DNA from: Methanobacteriota archaeon
GTDB taxonomy: Archaea > Thermoplasmatota > Thermoplasmata > SG8-5 > JAGLSY01
Assembly: GCA_020697715.1 (NCBI GenBank)
Contig: JAEHCO010000001.1
Span: 320,001 to 384,000 of the forward strand
DNA: 64,000 bases
Direction of reading: 5' to 3'
This document shows positions 11,128 to 19,663 of this stretch, piece after piece; within the stretch, counting starts at the first letter, position 1; the number at the start of each line of letters is the position of its first letter. The notes under the pieces were generated by a model that searched no databases, had not been told where the DNA came from, and saw only the letters and a list, made by a program, of their open reading frames with translations. Position numbers and translations under genes: made by a program.

Positions 11128-11292
11128 ATGGAAGAATCATTATGCAATGTGGAGTTCCTTAAGGGACCAAAAGGCTATATCGCGAAAGTTCAGAGCGATC
11201 TTGGCGGTTTGAGAGAGTACAGAAGTGAGTCATTTGAAGAAGTACTGGAGCAGGTCATCATTGACATCCAGGAAGAATTCGAGACCTCCTGA
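11128..11292 (+). CDS. small 54-aa protein MEESLCNVEFLKGPKGYIAKVQSDLGGLREYRSESFEEVLEQVIIDIQEEFETS (not in ORF track)
   Basis: GAGGTG RBS at 11121-11126, TTATATA box near 11080, GC-rich hairpin downstream; fills an otherwise empty gap. Confidence 0.75.
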   Translation: MEESLCNVEFLKGPKGYIAKVQSDLGGLREYRSESFEEVLEQVIIDIQEEFETS

Positions 11293-11333
11293 TCTCTATC
11301 ACACCCCGATTATTGATCTAGACTTTCTAGAAA

Positions 11334-11357
11334 CGAGCGCGTAGTGATGCGCGCTCG
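11334..11357 (+). terminator. GC-rich hairpin between convergent genes
   Basis: cgagcgcgta-GTGA-tgcgcgctcg: 10-bp stem with one G-U pair, GNRA loop, followed by T-rich sequence. Confidence 0.6.
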
Positions 11358-11409
11358 ATCTTTATATTCAGCAATTTGATATGTTATATTATGATCATTA
11401 TTTTGTAAT

Positions 11410-12546
11410 TCACCTGATAAGATCCCCGTCTTTCATTATGATCTCCGAGCTTCCATCTGGGTAATGCAATTCGATGGTGGGTTTTAGGATCAATCCATCC
11501 AGATGTATCAGAGCCTTCGCATCATTGTCATAGTTCGCTCCTATCGCGATGTGGCAAGTGGAATACACTTTCTCATCTTCCAGCATATTGCCAATAATAT
11601 TGGCATTGTGATTGAGTCCTATGCCCAACTCTCCAAGGTTCCGGGCATTTTTAATATACTCGTCAGCCTGCTCCTGGCCGATCTCTCCATCTTTCAACAT
11701 CTCCCTGGCATTGTCCTCGCCAGAGCGTAGGGAGGCCTCCAGAAGCCTGGCTTCCTCGCCCCCTTCGAGTTCGATCACCATATTGTCCTTGACAGTGGCC
11801 AGTATCGGCTCCTCGATGATGATCTCCCCATCCGTGGCAGATATTGAGCCATCAAAAGCGATCGTTCCATGAGAACTGCCCAAAGCCGGAGATATATACA
11901 CCTCTCCGGCCGGTAGATTCCCGCCCTGTCCAGGCTTTCTGAAATCCCCATCGTCCGATTCGCCCAGCCTTCCTTCCAAGCCGAGCATGACATCGGTTCC
12001 TATCGCGGTGGTGATCCTGGCACTTCCAGCTCTATCCAGCTTCTCCTTCAGATACGCACATTCGTCCCTCAGTTTTGCATAATCTATCGGAACCGTCCTG
12101 GAAAACATGTCCAGTGTCGTGCTTGGGGACCAAAATGCTCGCAATTTCTTATCTTTCAGATGAAGGTCGAACACGTGCTCGTAATCCTCGCCATCCAAGC
12201 CTTTGTATGGCTTGGATATGCCCCCTCTGTCCTTGCCCAGCTTTTCCGCGCTCAGGGATATCGCGATGTCAGGTATGGTAGCTAGTGCCCCCACAACCCC
12301 TTCTTCGGCATAATCCAACTGGGTCTTGTAAGGCTGGACCATTATCAGGGGTTTCCCACCTGCGGAAATTGCAGCATCATAAATGGCCAGGGCGATCGTG
12401 TAAACCCCCTTTTCAGGATTGGTTATGATGTGCAAGGTCTCTCCGGGCTTGACGGCCAGTACCTCATTCACAGCCACCTCCGCTGCCTTTTTGATATCAT
12501 TCATATCTTCAACAAAATCTGAGAACTTTGAATTTTCATCAACCAT
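11410..12546 (-). CDS. aminopeptidase, M29 (thermophilic metalloprotease) family
   Basis: GNLPAGEV, GELGIG, LEDEK, HIAIG, HLD motifs. Start at MVDENSK after GGAGAGG. Confidence 0.88.
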   Translation of the reverse strand: MVDENSKFSDFVEDMNDIKKAAEVAVNEVLAVKPGETLHIITNPEKGVYTIALAIYDAAISAGGKPLIMVQPYKTQLDYAEEGVVGALATIPDIAISLSAEKLGKDRGGISKPYKGLDGEDYEHVFDLHLKDKKLRAFWSPSTTLDMFSRTVPIDYAKLRDECAYLKEKLDRAGSARITTAIGTDVMLGLEGRLGESDDGDFRKPGQGGNLPAGEVYISPALGSSHGTIAFDGSISATDGEIIIEEPILATVKDNMVIELEGGEEARLLEASLRSGEDNAREMLKDGEIGQEQADEYIKNARNLGELGIGLNHNANIIGNMLEDEKVYSTCHIAIGANYDNDAKALIHLDGLILKPTIELHYPDGSSEIIMKDGDLIR

Positions 12547-12553
12547 CTTGAAC

Positions 12554-12606
12554 CTCTCCATTTCATTACGAGCTTATGAATGCAATCGCTTTGCTCTCGC
12601 ATTCAT
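12554..12606 (-). repeat. dispersed structured element, copy 1 (hairpin plus SD upstream of the aminopeptidase)
   Basis: Near-identical to 44191..44244; stem atgaatgc/gcattcat. Confidence 0.85.
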
Positions 12607-12671
12607 GATTCCTCCATTATCATTACGGAATCTGAAAGGATTCTCATTGATATAAAACTGCTGGCCATGGC

Positions 12672-13304
12672 TTACGAGAAGGGGAACACTACAAAAGCGA
12701 TCAGATCCCAGAAGGCATGGCTGATGATATTCACCCACAGATTCTTGTAATAATGATATAACAAGGCCCAGAATAACCCTGCGGAAAAAGCGGCCAGAAG
12801 GAGCATCGGGTTTCCCGATGCTAAATGAACACCAGCATAGGCCAACACACCGAATAACACACCCAATCTGCCATAATGCCTGACAAATGTCTTCTGCAGA
12901 TATCCTCTCCAGAATATCTCCTCACCTGGACCGATGATGAACAGGAGGAGGAAGGCGATCATTCGGGGATCCATATTGTTCCCGAAGCCGTATATTCCTC
13001 CTATACCCGCCTTGCCAAATGATATGAAATGATTGGCTAGATCATTCCCAATCATGAAGATGAAGTAGAGGAAGACACCAGAAAGTAGTCCCAGGGCTAT
13101 GATGTAAGGTAGCTGTTCCTTTGAAATAGCCAGCTGCCTTCTGATATCATCATTTCTGAAGAAAAAGGCCAATGACGTTAGCACCAGGGCCGTGATGGCC
13201 ATCTGTCCCCAGAAATGAAAGAAAATACCGCCAAATATCAATGAGAATCCCACGGCTGCCACGAGAAGGGAAAATAAAGCCTTGTTAAATTGGTCTTTGT
13301 TCAT
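12672..13304 (-). CDS. CPBP (Abi/CAAX protease II-like) intramembrane metalloprotease
   Basis: EEIFWRG, GVH and SHAFWD motifs; multiple TM helices; start MNKDQ 1 nt after the menA stop. Confidence 0.85.
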   Translation of the reverse strand: MNKDQFNKALFSLLVAAVGFSLIFGGIFFHFWGQMAITALVLTSLAFFFRNDDIRRQLAISKEQLPYIIALGLLSGVFLYFIFMIGNDLANHFISFGKAGIGGIYGFGNNMDPRMIAFLLLFIIGPGEEIFWRGYLQKTFVRHYGRLGVLFGVLAYAGVHLASGNPMLLLAAFSAGLFWALLYHYYKNLWVNIISHAFWDLIAFVVFPFS

Positions 13305-13305
13305 A

Positions 13306-14259
13306 TCACAGCATCTCGGTGATGTAAGGGGACACGAAAAGTCCAATGGTCAGGAGTATGCCGAACTTCATCTGCATCTGGGCCGTGACGCCATCAAGCA
13401 TCATGAACTTCTGCATATCGTCCTCCTTCTTGAACTTCGCAAGTTTATAGGCTGTTGGGAAGGCCAGGAAAACTATTAGGGCCAACATAGGTGCTGGAGC
13501 CATGAGGTCCAGACCCGGTATGAGACCGAGCACAACATACGAGCAAACAAGAAGGAATGGTACCAGCATGAGAGCTTTGTAGTATTTGGCAGATCCTCCA
13601 TGACCGAGCTTGGAGGCCACGGTCACGCAACCCTTCTCGGTATCTGTTTCGATATCATGCCAGTTATTCGAATGAAGTATTCCAACAGTGTAAAATACCA
13701 GTGGTATGCTCCATAATATAGGCAATATGCTGAAGGTCTGTGTTTGAACCCAAAATGTCCCGAACACAGGAAGCATACCATAGAGGAAAAAGAAGCTCAT
13801 GTCCCCCAGTCCGATATATTTCAGGGAGAAACCTGGTGTCGTGTACAGAAGGGTAAGTGCGATGCCTATTAGGCATATGAATAGGATCATCCAGCCTATG
13901 ACAAATACTAGGTAAATACCAATGGCAAAACCTACGGTCAAAAATACCATGGCAGCTCTTTTCACCTGTTCAGGCGTGAGCCAGCCACGAACAACAGCCC
14001 CACTTACAGGCAGTACCATGGTGTCAACCCCATTCTTGAAGTCATATACATCATTGAGCAGGTTGGCGGCAGTGTGCACGCACACCACACCGGCCAGGGT
14101 CATTATGAAATGTAGCCAGTTGATGTCAAAACCAGCATAATGAGTGAGAGCCAGCCCCAATACCACCGCAGACACTGAAGCCGTGTAGGCAAAGGGTCTA
14201 ACTGCTGTTATCCATATCTTCATTTTACTTGATGGTATCTCGTTCTCTGATCCTGACAT
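13306..14259 (-). CDS. menA: UbiA-family prenyltransferase, MenA-like (DHNA polyprenyltransferase)
   Basis: W...RP N-terminus, NLLNDVYDFKNGVD, LKYIGLGD, NNWHDIETD. Confidence 0.75.
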   Translation of the reverse strand: MSGSENEIPSSKMKIWITAVRPFAYTASVSAVVLGLALTHYAGFDINWLHFIMTLAGVVCVHTAANLLNDVYDFKNGVDTMVLPVSGAVVRGWLTPEQVKRAAMVFLTVGFAIGIYLVFVIGWMILFICLIGIALTLLYTTPGFSLKYIGLGDMSFFFLYGMLPVFGTFWVQTQTFSILPILWSIPLVFYTVGILHSNNWHDIETDTEKGCVTVASKLGHGGSAKYYKALMLVPFLLVCSYVVLGLIPGLDLMAPAPMLALIVFLAFPTAYKLAKFKKEDDMQKFMMLDGVTAQMQMKFGILLTIGLFVSPYITEML

Positions 14260-14376
14260 TCAATTCACCTCAGATACACACCCAAAATATGCTCTATGAT
14301 AAATAAGTGATTGTTAGGATAAGATTATTATTATCCGAGTTCATAACCCATGATATATATTATGTAAGGTGAGAAG

Positions 14377-14691
14377 ATGGAAAAAGATCAAGGATATGAA
14401 AAAGTCATCACGGAATATTATGGGGAAGAGCAGGTCGTGTCATTGATAATGCTAAAGATAGACACACAGCAATCGGAAGCAATTGCCAGACGGGTTTCAG
14501 GATATGAGATCGTTGAGGATCTGTTCATGGTCACTGGCGAGGTGGATCTCATCCTCAAAGCGAGATTTGAGAACTACACTGCCATGAAATCATTCGTCCT
14601 GGATAAATTGGCCACGATACAGGGTATAAAGGATACGAAGACCATGATGGTGGTCACTGCTTTCAAAGAAGGTGGGAAGCTACAGGCCTGA
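14377..14691 (+). CDS. stand-alone Lrp/AsnC ligand-binding (RAM) domain protein
   Basis: VTGEVDLILK...IQGIKDTKT pattern; no HTH. Confidence 0.85.
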   Translation: MEKDQGYEKVITEYYGEEQVVSLIMLKIDTQQSEAIARRVSGYEIVEDLFMVTGEVDLILKARFENYTAMKSFVLDKLATIQGIKDTKTMMVVTAFKEGGKLQA

Positions 14692-14720
14692 CGGCTAAAT
14701 TGGTGGACTGGGTACACTCA

Positions 14721-16172
14721 CTAATTACTGATCAATACACTACTATTAGCTACAGGGCTTGCATTGCCACTAGCATCTATGGCCACAATATCATAATAAA
14801 ATCTCCCAGCAATTGAGAACGTTCTATCAATGGACCAGCTATCACCACTGGTGTGGGTGAGATGTGTTACAGTTGTGGATCCCACGAATTTTATGGTCAC
14901 AGAACTCACACCCACTATATCGGACACGGAGGCAGTGAAATAAACAGTCTTGTTCACAGCCTGAGAGACTGGTGAAGCACCAAAGCTAGATATCACCGGA
15001 GCCGTAGTGTCCTGAATCTTGAAAGTAGAAATACTTGAAGTTTCCCAGTTCCCGGATGTGTCTTCAGCAGAGAAGACATATGAGTATGAGCCAGGAGTGA
15101 TCAAATCAATATTGAATGACCATTCATCAGATCCTATATTGGCCATGACATAATTGTTTATGACAGCATCTGGGGTGGTGATATTGATATGAACACTTTT
15201 GACCTCGGCATTATCTGAAGCACCTACATAGAATATGGCACTGTCCCCACTCTCTAAAATATCTGTGTTTATCCGAGCATTGTACAATACTGGAGGTTGA
15301 GAATCTTTGATATTGAATGTCTGCCAATCCGTGAAAACTATGCGACCAAAAACATCCTGAGCCCATATCTTGTACGAGTGATCGCCAATTATCGTGCAGT
15401 TTATCTCATTATAATACTCAGTTCCTGATCCCTGTGACATGGTGATAGTGTTCTTATCACCATCAGGATCCTCAATAGAATAGAATACACGATTTATATG
15501 ATCCCCGCCAACATCGACAGTGATATTCACATCATTATTGACCTCCTGGGGATTGGGATCGCTCGTCGCATTGCTGATACTTGGAGCTTTACTATCTCCA
15601 TATATCAATTGCTTGCCCCCATCATCAATACCAGAATCATATATCGTGTCAGTGAACATGAAGACGAATACCTTGTAGTGTTCATTAGGCAAGCCCTCAT
15701 CTATTAATCGGCTGGCAATTCCAAAATCCTGATTGGAATATACTGTCAGTTTTTTGACATACGAATTTGCTGGATCATCAAGAAGTTTCTCCAACTCCAC
15801 ATTTGTCTCTGTACCATTCATCTGTAATGGCTGGATATTTGTTCCAAACCGCAGAGAAATATCGATATCTCCAGAAAGGGATGTGCCTCTGATATAACTT
15901 TCATAGAATTCGAATTTATAGATATCACCACCCACTTTGCCAGGCAGGTAAAATGCCCGATAGGAATAATATCTATCAAAGGTGAAATTGACATTCATTT
16001 CTCCATTGATCCCGTCCAATCTTTTGATGACACGATCCACCTCCTGAGTGGCGCTTTGGAGCATGTTCTCATCTATGGTGTCCACTTGTATCTGGTAGAA
16101 ACCCACGATGAAAGACATGACCAATATCGAGGTGATGAGCCAGGTCATCTTGGAAAGGACGAAATCCAGCAT
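14721..16172 (-). CDS. minor pilin-like membrane-anchored protein with ~3 Ig-like repeats
   Basis: N-terminal hydrophobic helix; repeats starting DxxxP and ending AxDxxGN; last gene of the pilus operon (TGATG overlap). Confidence 0.65.
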   Translation of the reverse strand: MLDFVLSKMTWLITSILVMSFIVGFYQIQVDTIDENMLQSATQEVDRVIKRLDGINGEMNVNFTFDRYYSYRAFYLPGKVGGDIYKFEFYESYIRGTSLSGDIDISLRFGTNIQPLQMNGTETNVELEKLLDDPANSYVKKLTVYSNQDFGIASRLIDEGLPNEHYKVFVFMFTDTIYDSGIDDGGKQLIYGDSKAPSISNATSDPNPQEVNNDVNITVDVGGDHINRVFYSIEDPDGDKNTITMSQGSGTEYYNEINCTIIGDHSYKIWAQDVFGRIVFTDWQTFNIKDSQPPVLYNARINTDILESGDSAIFYVGASDNAEVKSVHINITTPDAVINNYVMANIGSDEWSFNIDLITPGSYSYVFSAEDTSGNWETSSISTFKIQDTTAPVISSFGASPVSQAVNKTVYFTASVSDIVGVSSVTIKFVGSTTVTHLTHTSGDSWSIDRTFSIAGRFYYDIVAIDASGNASPVANSSVLISN

Positions 16173-17593
16173 CAGTCGTCACCTATTTTCTTACCGTACA
16201 GGTCACCGAAGCTGGAGTTATTTTCTTTGGACTGACTGCTATCTTTCTCATCTGCAGATCGTATTTTCTCCACTCTGGGAAACAATGTCGCATCTAGCCC
16301 TGTATGGAGGGTCATTCGTGGTCTCACGCATACCAATTCCATCTTCCGGGTCTTATCATCCATAATGACAGCCAGACCTCGTCTGAACTCCATTGTAGAG
16401 ACCAGTTTATCAAAATCCTTTGTTCCGGATGTGTATGACTGCTTCGCCATCTTCAAAGCCTCTATATCTGGTGCGGCAGTGACATTGTGGGCGATGATCA
16501 GATCAGCTTGCTTTATCGCACTCTGATGAAGTGCGGAAGGTTCCTGAGTGGCCAAGATCAATGAAAGACCAGGATGTCGTCCTAATTTGATCCAATCTAT
16601 CAAGGCATCGGTGGCGATGGTCTTGCCTTTGTTCGGGAGGAAAAGGTGGGCCTCATCTATCATCATGTAAACCAAAGGATGTTCTTTGGTGATATCCTTG
16701 GCCACTTCTTCATCTATGAGATTTGCCTCGGCCTGCATCTCCAATGTGGTGTACAATGTCCTAGCCCGCATGAGATGACTGGCTATGATGGAGACTATGA
16801 GATTACGTATATCGAAACCACCCAGGCGTCCCAGATAGCTTATGTCCAATATAGTCATACGACCGGCTTTCACAATGTCGGAAAAGGGTGTTCCTTCCTT
16901 ATCGAACACTCCAAGATCCTCGATCATCTGGATCGTTCCTTTCAGACTATCATTGGTTCCTTCACCCTCGAATATTTTCTGGTTATCTATCTCTCTGTAA
17001 ATGTCCTCATAGCCGTAGGGGTCGTTCTTGTGCTGAAGGGTTCTTATCACCTTTATCAAAAGAGTGCCAACAGGGTCAGTTATAGTAAGACCGAATAGAT
17101 CCAACCAGTCCTGAACACTTATCTCATGCAATGGAAGCTGGAGAACCTGATCATAGAGAACATCATGTCCTGACTTTTCCAATTCCGCGATAGCTAACTT
17201 GGGCATGAGGATGTGGACATAATCACCCATTCCCTTTGGTGTTAGACCATTAAAGCTCTTCAAACGGTCTACTTCGTAAGCATTGGAATTGGCAGTTTTC
17301 AGACTGTGAAAGACACTCATTGTATCGACTATCAGGACAGAGAGTCGATCTTTCTGTTCTGCTTCCATCATGCCAAATGACTCGGCCATGACGCCCAATG
17401 TGTACGATTTGCCAGTACCTCGCTTGCCCATGACGAGCATACAATGAGGAAAGGCCAGATCCAATTGGACCTCACCCATCTCTTCATACCGTCCAGCTGG
17501 GTAGCTGACTATCTTACCCAAGTAGCCGCATCCTCTGATACCGTATTTGTCTATGTCCTTGTCCGTTCTTCCAAATATGACCCTTTGTGACAT
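16172..17593 (-). CDS. HerA/VirB4-like (DUF87) P-loop ATPase
   Basis: Walker A GKRGTGKS, Walker B MMIDEAH, GRHPG, ATQEP sensor. Confidence 0.88.
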   Translation of the reverse strand: MSQRVIFGRTDKDIDKYGIRGCGYLGKIVSYPAGRYEEMGEVQLDLAFPHCMLVMGKRGTGKSYTLGVMAESFGMMEAEQKDRLSVLIVDTMSVFHSLKTANSNAYEVDRLKSFNGLTPKGMGDYVHILMPKLAIAELEKSGHDVLYDQVLQLPLHEISVQDWLDLFGLTITDPVGTLLIKVIRTLQHKNDPYGYEDIYREIDNQKIFEGEGTNDSLKGTIQMIEDLGVFDKEGTPFSDIVKAGRMTILDISYLGRLGGFDIRNLIVSIIASHLMRARTLYTTLEMQAEANLIDEEVAKDITKEHPLVYMMIDEAHLFLPNKGKTIATDALIDWIKLGRHPGLSLILATQEPSALHQSAIKQADLIIAHNVTAAPDIEALKMAKQSYTSGTKDFDKLVSTMEFRRGLAVIMDDKTRKMELVCVRPRMTLHTGLDATLFPRVEKIRSADEKDSSQSKENNSSFGDLYGKKIGDD

Positions 17594-17596
17594 TCT

Positions 17597-19663
17597 CTAA
17601 CCTCCCATTAATGATTGACTCAATATCGTGACTATGGAGAAAGTGATGGCAGCAACTGGCAGAGATATTCCTATTGAATACTTCGCCTCTATCGTGTCTA
17701 TGCCATTTTGAATACCCACTGCGAAATATCCTGTTATACCTACTACCATTAGCAAATATACACCTATTATGAGCACGAAATCAGAGGGATCCATCATGGA
17801 TGATGTGAAAGGAAGATCCTGAAATTGATTGTACAGCATGAAGTAAAGTCCAATGGTTATACCCATAACTATTGGAGCGAAGAGAATGGCAGTTGTCTTC
17901 ATCATGTCAACAACTGAACTGAGAGAGTTCTTTATCTCCTGATCCACCTGTATCATATCCCTCAGATAATTGGATATGGTGACTATGGTCTGGCCTGCTG
18001 TGGACGCATCCTTCTGGACAGCCTCTACAACTGTTTCCATGGTGGCTCTTATTGTCCTCGAAGGCACATCTTTCAGAACACCAATGTTCCTATTGAACAG
18101 TATCTCATTAAGTGGTGCCCTTGTCATCTTCAGATTATATGATATGGTGGCGAAAAGCTCGGCCACCATTGTGCCTTTAAGTGTATCGGCCACTTTCTGA
18201 AAAGCGGATTCCAATGGCTCCCCCTCTGAAATACGACTACCCAATTGGAACAATGCATCCGGAAATTCTGCCTCGAGCTTCTTGGTCTCATCCCTCTTCT
18301 TCTTCTGGTATCTGGTCGTGGTAACGAGATAGAAAGATGCTCCCACTGATATTCCCACAACTAAAGGGGTTACACCGAACATATCGATGCCCACCTTCTC
18401 ATATACCACGGGTAAACCAAATGCTCCAATACATATGGTGATAAGCAGGGCGGCGAACCCTATGGTGCGCTTTTGTTTGGTATCGAAAGGTGATTTAATA
18501 TCAGGCGGACTCGTGGTTCCAGGTCTATTACCAAGAACATAATATGAATAAACAAGAGTGATGACCGGAAATACCACGTCCAGCAGAAGTACGATGGGCA
18601 TGATATTGTATTCTTCCACGCTATCGCCAGCCTCCAGAGTGTTTTCCATCCCAGTTGCATCGAAATTCATCATATCTCCCATGTTCATGGAGAGCATGGG
18701 AAGCATGGAGCCCATTATCAGTGGAAGCAATACTCCTAGGGCGAAGACAATCATGGTTGGGCCACTCAAAGAAGCGGCGTAGCCTTCCATGCGGGTCTTG
18801 GTTCCGGTGAGGATTATATCATTTGCTTTGTCCAGTGTTCGTTTTAGTCCTTCCTCTGTCCTTTCCAATGTAGCGGTCCTGATAGCGTACAAAGCTCTAC
18901 GAAAATCCTCATTCCACTGCCCCCATCTTGATGCAAAGTCAACAAGTCCATCCTCTATATTGTTGTACTTTCTCATCATGAGATCCCATGTGAGTTTTTT
19001 AAATTCAGATGCTAAAGGCTCATCCGTGTGATTGCCTGTGAACATAATGGCCTTATCTAGTGTTGGGGAGAGCCTCATTGACATCACAAGATAATTAATG
19101 GCCTCGGGAGCTCTTCCAAGACTCTGTATCCTGACCCTTTGAGCAAGGTTTTCAGGATATGTGGCAAAGAATCCCAGAACTATCAAAGGAAATATGAAGA
19201 CAAAGGGGATGGCGTACATCAAAGAAGTTGCTCCATATATCATGAATATAGGTATTGTGGCCACTGCATTTATGGCAAATACGATCATGGTCATGATCTG
19301 GCTGACCGCCATAACATCGAACTCATCGATGTCCCAACTCAAGAAATCGACAGCTGCTCTAAATTTCTCTTGTTTGAAGACCGCCTCGGCTTTTTCCATC
19401 TTCTTCTTGGCTTCCTTATACTTAGATTCCGCTCTTCTGAACTCCCTGGTAGTATCATCACCACGGATCCTGGCCTCATTCACCTTCTCAAAGGCTTCAT
19501 TAGCCGCGACATCAGCAGTCTCGAAGGCAGTACGGGTCTCCTCGCGCTTCCTCTCTTTGTCCGCTTCAGATGGTCCAGCAGATCTCAAAATTTTTCTTGA
19601 TAATGATATATACCATACGCCGTAAGGTGGCAGATCCTTTTCCAGTCCCTTATTATCATGCAT
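17597..19663 (-). CDS. type II/IV secretion platform membrane protein (TadC/GspF-like, duplicated domain)
   Basis: Two GspF-like halves (APEAINYLVMSMR; EFPDALFQLG), many TM helices, follows the ATPase. Start MHDNK overlaps the ATPase stop. Confidence 0.85.
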   Translation of the reverse strand: MHDNKGLEKDLPPYGVWYISLSRKILRSAGPSEADKERKREETRTAFETADVAANEAFEKVNEARIRGDDTTREFRRAESKYKEAKKKMEKAEAVFKQEKFRAAVDFLSWDIDEFDVMAVSQIMTMIVFAINAVATIPIFMIYGATSLMYAIPFVFIFPLIVLGFFATYPENLAQRVRIQSLGRAPEAINYLVMSMRLSPTLDKAIMFTGNHTDEPLASEFKKLTWDLMMRKYNNIEDGLVDFASRWGQWNEDFRRALYAIRTATLERTEEGLKRTLDKANDIILTGTKTRMEGYAASLSGPTMIVFALGVLLPLIMGSMLPMLSMNMGDMMNFDATGMENTLEAGDSVEEYNIMPIVLLLDVVFPVITLVYSYYVLGNRPGTTSPPDIKSPFDTKQKRTIGFAALLITICIGAFGLPVVYEKVGIDMFGVTPLVVGISVGASFYLVTTTRYQKKKRDETKKLEAEFPDALFQLGSRISEGEPLESAFQKVADTLKGTMVAELFATISYNLKMTRAPLNEILFNRNIGVLKDVPSRTIRATMETVVEAVQKDASTAGQTIVTISNYLRDMIQVDQEIKNSLSSVVDMMKTTAILFAPIVMGITIGLYFMLYNQFQDLPFTSSMMDPSDFVLIIGVYLLMVVGITGYFAVGIQNGIDTIEAKYSIGISLPVAAITFSIVTILSQSLMGG

